This document shows positions 48,641 through 58,605 of a stretch of DNA of 64,000 bases, piece by piece; within the stretch, counting starts at the first letter, position 1; the number at the start of each line of letters is the position of its first letter. The notes under the pieces are model-generated. The model searched no databases. It saw only the letters and a program-made list of their open reading frames with translations, and had not been told where the DNA came from. The DNA comes from an uncultured Erysipelotrichia bacterium (GTDB lineage Bacteria > Bacillota_I > Bacilli_A > JBKEDG01). A program made the translations under genes and the position numbers. The DNA lies in assembly GCA_964593055.1 (NCBI GenBank), contig CAZQIG010000006.1, positions 28,668-92,667 of the forward strand. The letters run 5' to 3'.

Positions 48641-48901
48641 ATGAATGAAAGTACATACGAAAAAATAAAAGGGATATTAGAAAGATTAATTGTTGACAAA
48701 GATTACAAAGCTAGATTTCTAGCAAATAAAGATGAAGCACTTGAGGAATATGACTTGACTGATGCCCAAAAACTATTGTTTATGTCTTTAGATGAAAGCG
48801 AAATTAGTTCTTTAAATAAGGAGAATTTGGACGAATATTTTTCAGCTGATTCAGCTGTATATACTCCAGATATTGAAGATGAAGAGACAACTTATGAGTA
48901 G
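48641..48901 (+). CDS. Small acidic protein with a Nif11/NHLP-like leader-type N-terminus
   Basis: ERLIVDKDYKARFLANKDEALEEYDLTDAQ resembles NHLP/Nif11 leader helices. The C-terminus is acidic and lacks Cys. Confidence 0.3.
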   Translation: MNESTYEKIKGILERLIVDKDYKARFLANKDEALEEYDLTDAQKLLFMSLDESEISSLNKENLDEYFSADSAVYTPDIEDEETTYE

Positions 48902-49760
48902 AAAATACAAAATTGAAATGAAAAACAGGAAAAATGACGAATTGTCTGAACTAGTTATGTGGTATACCGTCATGAATAAAGGGTTTATTGATGATAACTG
49001 TATGCTACAAGAATTTTTAATCGAAAAAGTTATTTATAAGTGTGATGACTTAGAAAAGGAGTTTACCTTTATAAAGGATAAAACCTTTACAAACATTGAC
49101 TTTAGGATTGATAAGCATAATTTTAGAGAAAAATTTTCTAAAAATGGAAACATGTTTGATAGACAACAAGATCAACTACAAGTGGTTAAAGACTTAATAA
49201 AGCCATTATTAAAAACTCAGAGTACGTACTTGATTGTAATGCAAATTTTTGATATTTTACTATTTGAAACTGTCAAGTCACTTTCAAATTCTAAACAAGT
49301 TACTATTAGTGATAACTATTCCATTATCAAAGAGATGACAGACAAAAAAGTAGAAATAGGGGCAGGAATCTTTAGTGATGACAGTTTTTTTCTAAAGAAA
49401 GATTTCTATATGAAAAATAATGCTCATAATATAACAAATTTTTATTCTTTCAATAATGAATATGAATACAAAGTATATAAGGTCACTACTTCAAGTAGTG
49501 GAAGCAATAGATATAATTTAGCTACTAGAGGAAAAGTAATTAATTGGGCTCAATCTAAATTAGGTAGACCGTATGATAAAGGTTTTTCAAATAACAAAAA
49601 ATTTACTTCAAGTGAAGATGAAAAATACAATTGTTCTGAACTAGTATGGAAAGCGTGGAAATCAGAAGTTGGTCTTGACTTAGATAGCAATGGTGGATTA
49701 GGAGTTTATCCTAATAATATTACAAACTCTAGTAGAACAAAGTATGTAACTAAGGGGTAA
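48873..49760 (+). CDS. NlpC/P60-family (CHAP-like) cysteine peptidase domain protein
   Basis: The C-terminal block GRPYDKG...YNCSELVWKAW has the catalytic Cys in the NlpC/P60 context. Confidence 0.5.
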   Translation: MKMKRQLMSRKYKIEMKNRKNDELSELVMWYTVMNKGFIDDNCMLQEFLIEKVIYKCDDLEKEFTFIKDKTFTNIDFRIDKHNFREKFSKNGNMFDRQQDQLQVVKDLIKPLLKTQSTYLIVMQIFDILLFETVKSLSNSKQVTISDNYSIIKEMTDKKVEIGAGIFSDDSFFLKKDFYMKNNAHNITNFYSFNNEYEYKVYKVTTSSSGSNRYNLATRGKVINWAQSKLGRPYDKGFSNNKKFTSSEDEKYNCSELVWKAWKSEVGLDLDSNGGLGVYPNNITNSSRTKYVTKG

Positions 49761-49764
49761 ATTT

Positions 49765-51084
49765 ATGAAGAAAAAGCTATTAATTGTCCTTTCTGCATTA
49801 TTAGCAATAATATTAGTTGTTTCTATATATGTATACTTTCGTTTTTTCAACTATGATGAAAAAATTAAATTAGATGAAAACACGAGAATAATTATTACTT
49901 ATACAAATGGGAATAATGCAAGTGTTCCCTTTCCAGTCCCTGAAAGAGGTGAACTTTTTCAAATCGATAATAATGGTGAAGTAGCAGGTTTTACTGCTGT
50001 AAATAGTGTAATAAATCCTTATGCTATAAACTATGAAAATGGATTATTAGAAATTTTTACAAATGACAATGTATATTATGCTAGTAAAGATGGAAAAACA
50101 GAAACTATTAATAATCCAGATTTGAAAGGTGAGTATAGTCTTGCGAACAAAAATGGAAGAGATTTTGTAAATGACTATGCTTATATTGAAAAATACGATA
50201 CAAGTGTTAGAGTAGTTCCTCATGGACTTGCTTATGCTATAGAAGAGAAGGTTTTTTTTGACTTACTTGTCTTTAGTAATGAAGAAGAAGTTTACAATAT
50301 AGAAGTAGGTAGTGTGAATTATCGTGGTATGACAATAGATCAAGAAAGTGGAGACATAATATTAGTTGAAACAAGACCAATGGGTGAAGATTCAAATATC
50401 CCTATTGATTATATACCATACCATATATTGAGCTATAACGAAGATACACAAAGATATGAAACAAATAGATATGTTAATGTCCCTTATGAAGGGAGTGAGA
50501 TACCTGAAATTGTAGAAGGTAGGAAACAAGAAGACGGACTGTATGTAGCTAGTGTAGATGCATATTTTCATAACGGATTTTTATATAGCATTCAAAGTGT
50601 GACTGACCAAGAAGCTATGAAATATGGAGGTCGATACATTGAAAAAATCGATTTAAAGGAAGAGAAAATAGTATCTACACGTAAAATAGATGCGTCTGAG
50701 GATAGAATTAATCACGCATTTATGTATTACTATGAAATTGATGGAACAATATATATGTTTTCAGAGTTAATAGATAAAGATGAATATTACTATGACACAT
50801 ATAACATTGAAACCAATGTATATGAGGAGTATAAAATAGACTTTTTTGAAGAAAATGAATACATTGATGAATGCGAAGAAGCAAGCTCTTGCGGTGTTTA
50901 TTTTAAACTAAGCAATAATAAGATATATGCATTTCAATTTAATAGTGAGACACAAAAAGGAACAATTATAGATTTTGATTACCAAAACAATGAAACTCAT
51001 GGAGTTGTTTTAAATTTTGACATTCCAGATGTTAAGGGCATTGAATATGCATTTTTTAGTGACTTTGAAGTTATTGAGGATTAA
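49765..51084 (+). CDS. Membrane-anchored or secreted hypothetical protein
   Basis: An N-terminal TM/signal segment followed by 400 aa with no recognisable motif. Confidence 0.4.
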   Translation: MKKKLLIVLSALLAIILVVSIYVYFRFFNYDEKIKLDENTRIIITYTNGNNASVPFPVPERGELFQIDNNGEVAGFTAVNSVINPYAINYENGLLEIFTNDNVYYASKDGKTETINNPDLKGEYSLANKNGRDFVNDYAYIEKYDTSVRVVPHGLAYAIEEKVFFDLLVFSNEEEVYNIEVGSVNYRGMTIDQESGDIILVETRPMGEDSNIPIDYIPYHILSYNEDTQRYETNRYVNVPYEGSEIPEIVEGRKQEDGLYVASVDAYFHNGFLYSIQSVTDQEAMKYGGRYIEKIDLKEEKIVSTRKIDASEDRINHAFMYYYEIDGTIYMFSELIDKDEYYYDTYNIETNVYEEYKIDFFEENEYIDECEEASSCGVYFKLSNNKIYAFQFNSETQKGTIIDFDYQNNETHGVVLNFDIPDVKGIEYAFFSDFEVIED

Positions 51085-51256
51085 TGAAAATAGAGCAATA
51101 GAGCTAGATTAATAGCTCTATTTTTTAGTACTTCCTTTTCCCAAAAAATACAATAAAAAAGTTCGACCATTGATATTTTAATTGAAAATAGTATATCAAC
51201 ATTAAAAAACTATTATTGAGGAATTGTTAAGAATTATTATATTTACGTTATATTGC

Positions 51257-51466
51257 TTGCTGTAGCAAAATAAGTGTGTTAGTATGTTAGTAATGAATAG
51301 CACGCAAGACGTGTCTATTTATTAACATTTCATCAACACACTACCAGTTTGACCATCTATAGTTCCACCGTGGTCAACGTGACTGGTACCATAATTGTTT
51401 AAAGAATCTCCAAAAGTAAGTGATGGTATATTTATATATATCATGCTAACTTTTGGAGATTTTATA
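51257..51466 (+). ncRNA. Copy C of the conserved promoter plus structured small RNA, with terminator
   Basis: TTGCTG, then 17 nt, then TAGTAT, then ATG 8 nt downstream (MNSTQDVSIY, then stop). The hairpin GCACG/CGTGT has a different loop. CCAGT...ACTGG encloses a perfect TTGACCA/TGGTCAA stem, compensatory relative to copy B. It ends ...GGTACCA at 51391. The terminator ATCTCCAAAAGT...ACTTTTGGAGATTTTAT is at 51405..51466. Confidence 0.5.
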
Positions 51467-51726
51467 TATTTTAACACTAATATAAAAGTGTATTATTCAA
51501 AAACCAATAATCTTAAGTTGTATAAAATCATTATAAGATATAAAAAAATATTGTAGTTTTCTTTGTATGAGATAATAACTTGTTTAATTATGATCAGCTT
51601 TAAACAAAACATTGAATTTTATATTTACATATGTTATTATAAAAATATATTGAATTATATTTAAGTATATTTAATAATAGGATAACATTTATTTAGTATA
51701 AACAACTTCAATTGAGGAGGAATATT

Positions 51727-52149
51727 ATGAAAAAAGTAATTTTAGCAACTGGAGTGTCAATTTTTTTATTTTTAAGTATTGCAAACCAAGTAAGTGCAGC
51801 TGATCATAATCATGAATTTGTATTTAAAATCAAAGGTTACTATCAAAATTCATATTCTAGTCAAAGATATCGTCAAACTGGTTCAAAGGATAATCCATGG
51901 AAAGCGAATCTCGTAACGTCTAGTGAAGGTAGCGGAACGAAAATGCATTTTTGGTTAGATGCACCAGGAAATGTTATTAGCAGCCCAGTAGCTTCTAAAG
52001 TTTATAAAGTAACACAAGGGACTGGAGCAAATTATTATCCTGCTTATAGTCGTGCTAACAAAAGAAATGTACGTCTAGGATCAGAAAATAATAACTATAG
52101 TACACGTGCATATACTATCTCAGGATTTTGGGATGAGGAAACTTGGTAA
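51727..52149 (+). CDS. Small secreted protein, candidate lactococcin-972-like bacteriocin
   Basis: A Sec signal ends at ...VSA. The mature part is about 115 aa, Ser/Tyr/Asn-rich, and ends ...GFWDEETW. An ABC plus membrane-protein immunity-like operon follows. The start was moved to MKKV, which has a GAGGAGG RBS. Confidence 0.35.
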   Translation: MKKVILATGVSIFLFLSIANQVSAADHNHEFVFKIKGYYQNSYSSQRYRQTGSKDNPWKANLVTSSEGSGTKMHFWLDAPGNVISSPVASKVYKVTQGTGANYYPAYSRANKRNVRLGSENNNYSTRAYTISGFWDEETW

Positions 52150-52227
52150 GATTTAACGTTATAATAGTATCTTAGTTTAATGCAAACATCAATAAATGTT
52201 ATCCACTTTTAAAGTGAGGGGTATATT

Positions 52228-52971
52228 ATGAAAGCACAGCTATATAGAATCAATATTGGAAGAGCTAAATATATTACACTTGTATACTTTATGGTACTAG
52301 CTATTTATGATTCTATTTTAATTTTGAGTAATAACGATATTTTTTTTGGTGATCGATATTTTTATGGGAACTATCTATTTATCCAATCAGGGTTAATAGG
52401 CCATTTTGCAATTTTCTTCTTTTTTCTTACATTTCCAATAATATTTTATATTCTATTTTTTAGGCATCTTAGTACAGACAGTAAAAACAATATTTTGTAT
52501 ACACAAATATCAAGGATGAAAATCGCTAAATATATTTATCGTAACTATATCGTTATTTCTTTATCTACTTTTATTATTATGATGATGTTTCAAATTGTAA
52601 ATATATTTATTGTTTGGACGCTGTTTTATATAGGAGGACTAGAGTTAGATATTCCATTGGAATCTATGTATATTTTCAAGAAAATTGTAATTCACACTTT
52701 AATGTTTTCAACAGTTATTACTTTATATAATACTTTGTTTACAGGGGTATATTTATTAAAGATTAATCAATATATTTCTTTGGCTGTGACTATAGGATAT
52801 GTCTATATCGCACAAATGGTTTTTAATTTAGGAAATATTTTACAGCCATTTACAGAATATTCTTCAGAGTATGTTTTAAAAAACTTTTCATCATTCGCAA
52901 TTTTCAATTTACTTTTAATAATAATGTTCATAATTTATAATGTAAATAAGAAAGACTTTTTAAATGAGTAG
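52228..52971 (+). CDS. Polytopic membrane protein (ABC-2 / immunity-type permease)
   Basis: 247 aa with six TM helices. Confidence 0.45.
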   Translation: MKAQLYRINIGRAKYITLVYFMVLAIYDSILILSNNDIFFGDRYFYGNYLFIQSGLIGHFAIFFFFLTFPIIFYILFFRHLSTDSKNNILYTQISRMKIAKYIYRNYIVISLSTFIIMMMFQIVNIFIVWTLFYIGGLELDIPLESMYIFKKIVIHTLMFSTVITLYNTLFTGVYLLKINQYISLAVTIGYVYIAQMVFNLGNILQPFTEYSSEYVLKNFSSFAIFNLLLIIMFIIYNVNKKDFLNE

Positions 52972-53677
52972 AAGACAGATCATAAAATATTTAATATTAT
53001 TATGTAGTATTGAAGTAATTATAGCAATTATTTCAAATTTTTCCATTTATAGTTCTAAACTAGGTGAATTTGATAAAGTATTATCTGTAGTTACTTCAGG
53101 GATAGGCTATAATTCTTTTCTTTTTTATTCTTTCATTGTAGTATTATGTTATTTGATTCTGATAAACAAATCTTTAATAAATGATAATAAAATTGTAATA
53201 AGATATGGACGAAAAAAAATAAATGTTAATAACTTAAAAAAAGTTGTTATGTGGGCTATAATCTTTGGTTTTTCAAATATAATGGGTACTTTTTTTACTA
53301 TAGCAATTTTGTACGGTCATACTTATTATAGTATTGAATATTTATTCTTTGTTTTGGTTAATTTCTTATTTTACAGCAGTATCCTTTGTGTTTGGGGACT
53401 CTTGCTGATAATGGTGAAAAGGTATACTGGATCTATACAATCCATTTTAATACTAATTATATCCAGTAGCTCTATTTATATTTCTTTAAAATATAGTGAA
53501 CACTATTATTTGTATGAATATTTAAATTTTACTAGGTTTTATTGGGCTATGCAGAATGACATTACTATTAGCATTAACATGATAAACTTAGCTTATCATT
53601 TATCATCATTGTTTTTAATAATATATGTACTATACTCATTTTCCAAAAAGGTGGTTTATACACATGATTATTACTAA
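52964..53677 (+). CDS. Polytopic membrane protein
   Basis: 237 aa with six TM helices. Its start overlaps the preceding gene. Confidence 0.45.
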   Translation: MSRRQIIKYLILLCSIEVIIAIISNFSIYSSKLGEFDKVLSVVTSGIGYNSFLFYSFIVVLCYLILINKSLINDNKIVIRYGRKKINVNNLKKVVMWAIIFGFSNIMGTFFTIAILYGHTYYSIEYLFFVLVNFLFYSSILCVWGLLLIMVKRYTGSIQSILILIISSSSIYISLKYSEHYYLYEYLNFTRFYWAMQNDITISINMINLAYHLSSLFLIIYVLYSFSKKVVYTHDYY

Positions 53678-54332
53678 AGATAGAGTAATTCTAATAATAA
53701 TGATTCTATTGATAACATTTGTACAGGCACTTTCACATGGGTTTTTCACAGATTCGAATGAATTTATATTTTTGACTAAATTGTTCATTGAATCTCCCAT
53801 AATTATGTCATCACAATTAATAATGTTTGTTGTTTTGATAATATCATTTAAGGGATATTTAAAAAGTATGTTTTTAAATATTGAATTACTAAACTTTGTT
53901 AGACAAGATAGAATTTATAAAGTATTAATAAAATATTTATTAAGGTTAGTAGTTTCATTGATAATATATCTTGCCTTACATTTAGTGCTATATCAACTTT
54001 TTTGTAATATATTTGGATATAGTGAGGGAATTATTTTCTTTAACAATATAACTTTTGTAGAATTGATTAATTACAATTTATGCATTTTACTTTATCTTCT
54101 GTCTTCTAATCTCTTACTATGTTTATTTCGAACACATATTTTTGATGTAATTATAATTGCTGCTATAATATTAGAAAACATCAGAGTAATTAGTACAAAT
54201 GCTGACTTTAGTATAATACCATTGTGGAATGCTAATATAATCGAGCTTCCTTATTTAATAATTATGATTATATCGCTTATTGTAGCAACTTATTTTTTTA
54301 TAAAAAAAGGAGATAAATTAAATGACTATTAA
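53625..54332 (+). CDS. Polytopic membrane protein
   Basis: 235 aa with six TM helices. Confidence 0.45.
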   Translation: MYYTHFPKRWFIHMIITKDRVILIIMILLITFVQALSHGFFTDSNEFIFLTKLFIESPIIMSSQLIMFVVLIISFKGYLKSMFLNIELLNFVRQDRIYKVLIKYLLRLVVSLIIYLALHLVLYQLFCNIFGYSEGIIFFNNITFVELINYNLCILLYLLSSNLLLCLFRTHIFDVIIIAAIILENIRVISTNADFSIIPLWNANIIELPYLIIMIISLIVATYFFIKKGDKLNDY

Positions 54333-54957
54333 AGTAGAGAATTATAGTAAAACAATAAAAAAAAATCAAGTTTTAAAGAATATTAATGCTACTTTTGAAA
54401 GTGGTAAAATTTATGGTTTAATTGGACATAATGGAAGTGGTAAAACAATGCTGTTAAGAGCTATAACAGGTTTAATATGTCCAACTAAAGGTAAAATATA
54501 TTTAGATAACAAGGAAATGTTTAAAGATTTTGATATTATGCCAGATGTTGGTATTATTATCAATAATCAAGAAATGATTCCTTCCCTTACTGCCAAAGAA
54601 AATATGGAATATTTACGCAAAATTAACCTTAAAGTTCAACCTGAAAGGATTTTGGAGGTTTTAAAAAGAGTTGGCTTAGAAAGACAAATAAATAATAAGG
54701 TGAAAAATTTTTCATTAGGTATGAAGCAACGTTTAAACATTGCACAAGCTATTTTTGAAGATCAAAAAGTTATTTTGTTAGATGAACCTACAAATGCTAT
54801 AGATAGTGAAGGAATTATAGATATATTAGAGTTGTTGAAAGAACTGAAAAGTGAAGATAAAATAATTATTATCGCAACACATGATACAGGATATTTCAAA
54901 GAAGTGTTTGATGAAATTATCAAATTAAAGGAGGGAGAACTTGTTGAAGTTTCTTAA
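54322..54957 (+). CDS. ABC transporter ATP-binding protein
   Basis: GHNGSGKTM, LSLGMKQRLNIA and ILLDEPTNAID. Confidence 0.8.
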   Translation: MTIKVENYSKTIKKNQVLKNINATFESGKIYGLIGHNGSGKTMLLRAITGLICPTKGKIYLDNKEMFKDFDIMPDVGIIINNQEMIPSLTAKENMEYLRKINLKVQPERILEVLKRVGLERQINNKVKNFSLGMKQRLNIAQAIFEDQKVILLDEPTNAIDSEGIIDILELLKELKSEDKIIIIATHDTGYFKEVFDEIIKLKEGELVEVS

Positions 54958-55555
54958 GAGTTGGATTTTAACTATAATTTTAATATGCATACTAGTTGTT
55001 TCTTTGTTTGTGTATTATAATAATATGATTTTATCTTATAGTGATAGGAACATCATCGATGAATTTTATGCTGAATTTGAAAATATGACACTTATAGTTG
55101 GTGAAGATATATCAAAAGGTTTTTACGATATTCAGTTAAATGATGGTACAATAATATTGCATAACGATATTTTGGAATATCGTAATTATGTTAGAAGTGT
55201 TCCTTTAAATAATGGAGATAGTTTAAAAATTGAGGGTCAAGCTGTAATTAGAAATCATCAAAAGCGTGAAAGAACAGATGATGTTACAGAATCAGGTTAT
55301 TATCTTATTGAAGAGGATCTTTTCACTCTAGATGATGAGTTAGGAAATACATATAGCGTTTATAGTGAGTCTCTAAATTGTGCTTTTTCACTTATAACAT
55401 TTCAAAATTTTGGATTAATCTTTTACAGCGATATTTATGAACAATACTATTCAAATGGTTATGCAAAGGTTGTTCCATTTACTACTAAGGATGCAGTACT
55501 TTATATAAAAAATGATAATGAATGTCAATTAACTACATCTAGGGGGCTTAAATGA
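54941..55555 (+). CDS. Membrane-anchored hypothetical protein
   Basis: An N-terminal TM helix and a soluble domain. Confidence 0.35.
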   Translation: MLKFLKSWILTIILICILVVSLFVYYNNMILSYSDRNIIDEFYAEFENMTLIVGEDISKGFYDIQLNDGTIILHNDILEYRNYVRSVPLNNGDSLKIEGQAVIRNHQKRERTDDVTESGYYLIEEDLFTLDDELGNTYSVYSESLNCAFSLITFQNFGLIFYSDIYEQYYSNGYAKVVPFTTKDAVLYIKNDNECQLTTSRGLK

Positions 55556-56010
55556 TAAGAAATATAATTTTAGTATTAATGATAGCTTTTCTCATAATAA
55601 TGTACTTTGTTTATCCACTTCCTAGTGAATATGCATCAAATATTTCTTATGTAAAAAAAGACTTTAATATCATTCAAGAGGAACAAAATGACTATTTTGT
55701 ACTGAAGTATAATGAAGACTACTCTTTGTTTATCACAGCAGATCTAAGCAATAATATCAAGATTAGCGTTGCTATATTAGATGCATATACAGGAAATTTA
55801 ATAAAAGAGCTTGCTTCAGACATTACATATGAGCTATATCGTGAAAAAGAATTAATTAATTATGAATTTTTATATGACGATTCAAAAAATTGTGTAAGTG
55901 AAGGATTAGAATTGAAAATTATTTATAATGATGATTTTGAAAATCCAAACACAATAAATATTGGCCTAGATTTAGATGATGATTTTTGTGGAAATGAGGC
56001 AAATTTATGA
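55552..56010 (+). CDS. Membrane-anchored hypothetical protein
   Basis: An N-terminal TM helix. Confidence 0.35.
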   Translation: MIRNIILVLMIAFLIIMYFVYPLPSEYASNISYVKKDFNIIQEEQNDYFVLKYNEDYSLFITADLSNNIKISVAILDAYTGNLIKELASDITYELYREKELINYEFLYDDSKNCVSEGLELKIIYNDDFENPNTINIGLDLDDDFCGNEANL

Positions 56011-56465
56011 AAAAAAATTTACAATATATAGCTATTGTATTTTCAATTGTATTATCAGGATGTAATAGAAGTCCCGAAGAGGAACTAGACTATGGAAACG
56101 AATTTTCAGATATGGGTGAAGTTGAGCATGTGGTTGATAATAATATTAGTGTAATTTTTCACAAAAAATTTGATACAGAAAAATATGAGCTTAAGATAGC
56201 ATATTTTGATAGAAAGACTAACAAAAAGGTAAAGGAATTTGATTTTTTAATAGTTGATACACTTGGAGATGATGAGTTATTATATTCAATAAATGGCGGA
56301 GGGTTAACTGTTAAGCCAATCTATAATGCTAATACACAATGCTATACTACAGAAATGGATATTACTATTGCATATGCTAAAGACAATAAACTATTTGAGA
56401 CAAAAGATATAACAGTTGATCAAACAAATGATGGATATCCATTTATATATTGTATAGATAAATAA
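56007..56465 (+). CDS. Lipoprotein
   Basis: Lipobox LSGC. Confidence 0.45.
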   Translation: MKKNLQYIAIVFSIVLSGCNRSPEEELDYGNEFSDMGEVEHVVDNNISVIFHKKFDTEKYELKIAYFDRKTNKKVKEFDFLIVDTLGDDELLYSINGGGLTVKPIYNANTQCYTTEMDITIAYAKDNKLFETKDITVDQTNDGYPFIYCIDK

Positions 56466-56501
56466 GGATGATTTAAAAATATTCAATTATTATGATTGAT
56501 T

Positions 56502-56530
56502 AAAAAGTCGAACTTTTCAGTTCGGCTTTT
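56502..56530 (+). terminator. Intrinsic terminator using the GTCGAAC hairpin word
   Basis: AAAAAGTCGAAC-ttttca-GTTCGGCTTTT. Confidence 0.45.
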
Positions 56531-56602
56531 ACAATGAGTAGTATTATTATAGAGAAAATGATAATGAAAATAGATTTTTTTATAACAAATTACATATAAT
56601 AC

Positions 56603-56675
56603 TTGCATGCGTATTTTGAAAATGTTATTATGTGATTGATGAATAACACGTTAAGAGTGTCTATTTATTAAAAAT
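56603..56675 (+). ncRNA. Copy D of the conserved promoter plus 5' part of the small RNA, with a divergent 3' half
   Basis: TTGCAT, then 17 nt, then TATTAT, then ATG 8 nt downstream (MNNTLRVSIY, then stop). Only the first hairpin and the A-run are conserved. Confidence 0.4.
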
Positions 56676-57007
56676 ACGTCATTTACAGTAGTTGATAACC
56701 GATTAGGACTTAAAGGTTGTTAAATTGAAAGATAAAAACTATTGCAACGGACAGTTGAACAAAAATTGTATAGAACTGTATGTAACTAATTATTATAAAT
56801 AAAATATATTGCAAAGTTTAAAAGAGTGCTAGTAAGATAAGAACTAGCACTCTTTTTGTTTGCAATAATATAACAGTAATTTAGTGATTCGTTAAATAAT
56901 GTTAAGAAAATGTATAATAGAAAATGCAGGGATTTAGTTACTATATTTTGTATTAAAAAAAATTAAAACTAATTTTTAAATATATCGCACATAAGGGGTG
57001 GTTTAAC

Positions 57008-58180
57008 TTGAAGAAAGATAGTAAAAAGATTTATGGATATATACGTGCATCTACAGAAGATCAAAAAAAGCATGGATATAGTGCTGAGGAACAAAAACGT
57101 AAAATAAAAGGCTATTGTGAATTACACTATGATAGTTATGAGCTAATCATAATTGATGATTCAGGATACTCTGCGTGGAAGAAGAACGTAAATAGACCAG
57201 GAATGACAAAAGTGATGAAAGAGGTAGATGAAATTGATATTTTTATCTTTTATGACATTGATAGGTTTTCAAGATAAATTTTAGATGGTCTAACTTTTTT
57301 TACAAAACTTCAATCAGCTAATGTTAAGATAATTTCATTAGTAGAAGAATTGAATTTAGATACAGCAGATGGAATGGCATTTGCACAGATTAAACTTGTG
57401 CTTTCACAATATAAATCATCCAAGATATCAGAAAAAACTAGATTTGGACTTTTAGGAAAAGCAAAAAAAGGTCAGTACCCCTTTGGTAACAAACCACTCA
57501 TAGGTATTTCAAAGGACGAGAATGATATCTTATATTATGATGATGAAATTCATATTGTACGTGAAATTTATGAGTTGTATGTTAATTGCGAATATAGTTC
57601 TGAATTCATAGCGTACTTATTTAGAGAAAAATATCCGCAGTATAGTTGAGGAAAGAACTATCCACTTGTATTGCTTAGAAAAACTATTTATAGAGGCTAT
57701 ATTATGATTTCTGATGAAAAAATTTATTTAATTGAGCCAATATTTAGTGAGGAAGAAATTGAAAATTTAAAAAGTATTCAAAATAATGAAAGGTTTATTA
57801 CGAACAATAACTATAAGTATAAAGTCAATGTTTATTATAAAAACAAAAAGATGCATGTATATTCAAAAAGTAAAAAAATGAGTAATGGTAAAATAAAGAA
57901 TTATGCATATTATTATGCACGTGAAAATGGAGAGAAGATATTGAATATACCTGAGAGCAAAATCGACAAAGAAGTTTTAAAACATCAAGTCATAGCAAAA
58001 CGTAAAAATATTGAAGAAAGATTGAAAACCCTAAATCATGCTGATAAGTTATTGAAACAAGGAAAGATAACAAAAGAAAAGTATGCCTATATTGCGAAGA
58101 TCAATTCTAAAAATAAAAATAGCACAATGAAAATAATTGTTAAAAGCAAAGATTTGATAGTTATAGAAGAAAATCAGTGA
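57008..58180 (+). pseudogene. Serine recombinase pseudogene in three frame fragments, paralogue of 34003..35163
   Basis: The first fragment has IYGYIRASTEDQ. Fragments 2 and 3 align with the intact recombinase (KAKKGQYPFGNKPLIGISKD... and KTIYRGY...KNYAYYYAREN). There is an in-frame stop at 57278 and a stop/frameshift near 57650. Confidence 0.6.
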
Positions 58181-58207
58181 TGTCCATTTTGTTTAACAAT
58201 TCTATTA

Positions 58208-58236
58208 TTGACAGACTTTGTTTGAAATAATATACT
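58208..58236 (+). promoter_or_regulatory. Consensus-like promoter TTGACA, 17 nt, TATACT
   Basis: The hexamers and spacing are near consensus. It reads into the IS remnant, towards the rSAM cluster. Confidence 0.3.
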
Positions 58237-58251
58237 CATGTTATAAAATAA

Positions 58252-58407
58252 CAATACTTATTTAAAAAGCTGATTAAAAGTAATTATAAATCCATTGAGG
58301 AATTAGAAGTGGATGCAGAGTTTGTAAATAACTATAATTACTTTAGAACACATGCGACACTTAATTATCGATTACCTGCTGGATATAGGTTAAATAATAT
58401 TAGATAG
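58252..58407 (+). pseudogene. C-terminal relic of an IS3-family (DDE) transposase
   Basis: The open frame with no start codon reads ...SIEELEVDAEFVNNYNYFRTHATLNYRLPAGYRLNN. This matches the IS3 OrfB tail (IEELE...YI.YYN..R.H..L.Y.SP..Y). Confidence 0.35.
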
Positions 58408-58605
58408 AATAAAATATCAACTAATTACTTGAAAGTTTAGAATTGCACAATTGTAGCATTTTTAATTTGAATTATTCTTTGTAATGTTTCATTTGGTTCG
58501 CCTACTATGATTTTATTTTATCATAGAATTTCTTGATTACTTTATTTTAATTAATTCAATATTGCTAAATTCACAAAATATTATATATTAAAAAGAGGGG
58601 GAAGT

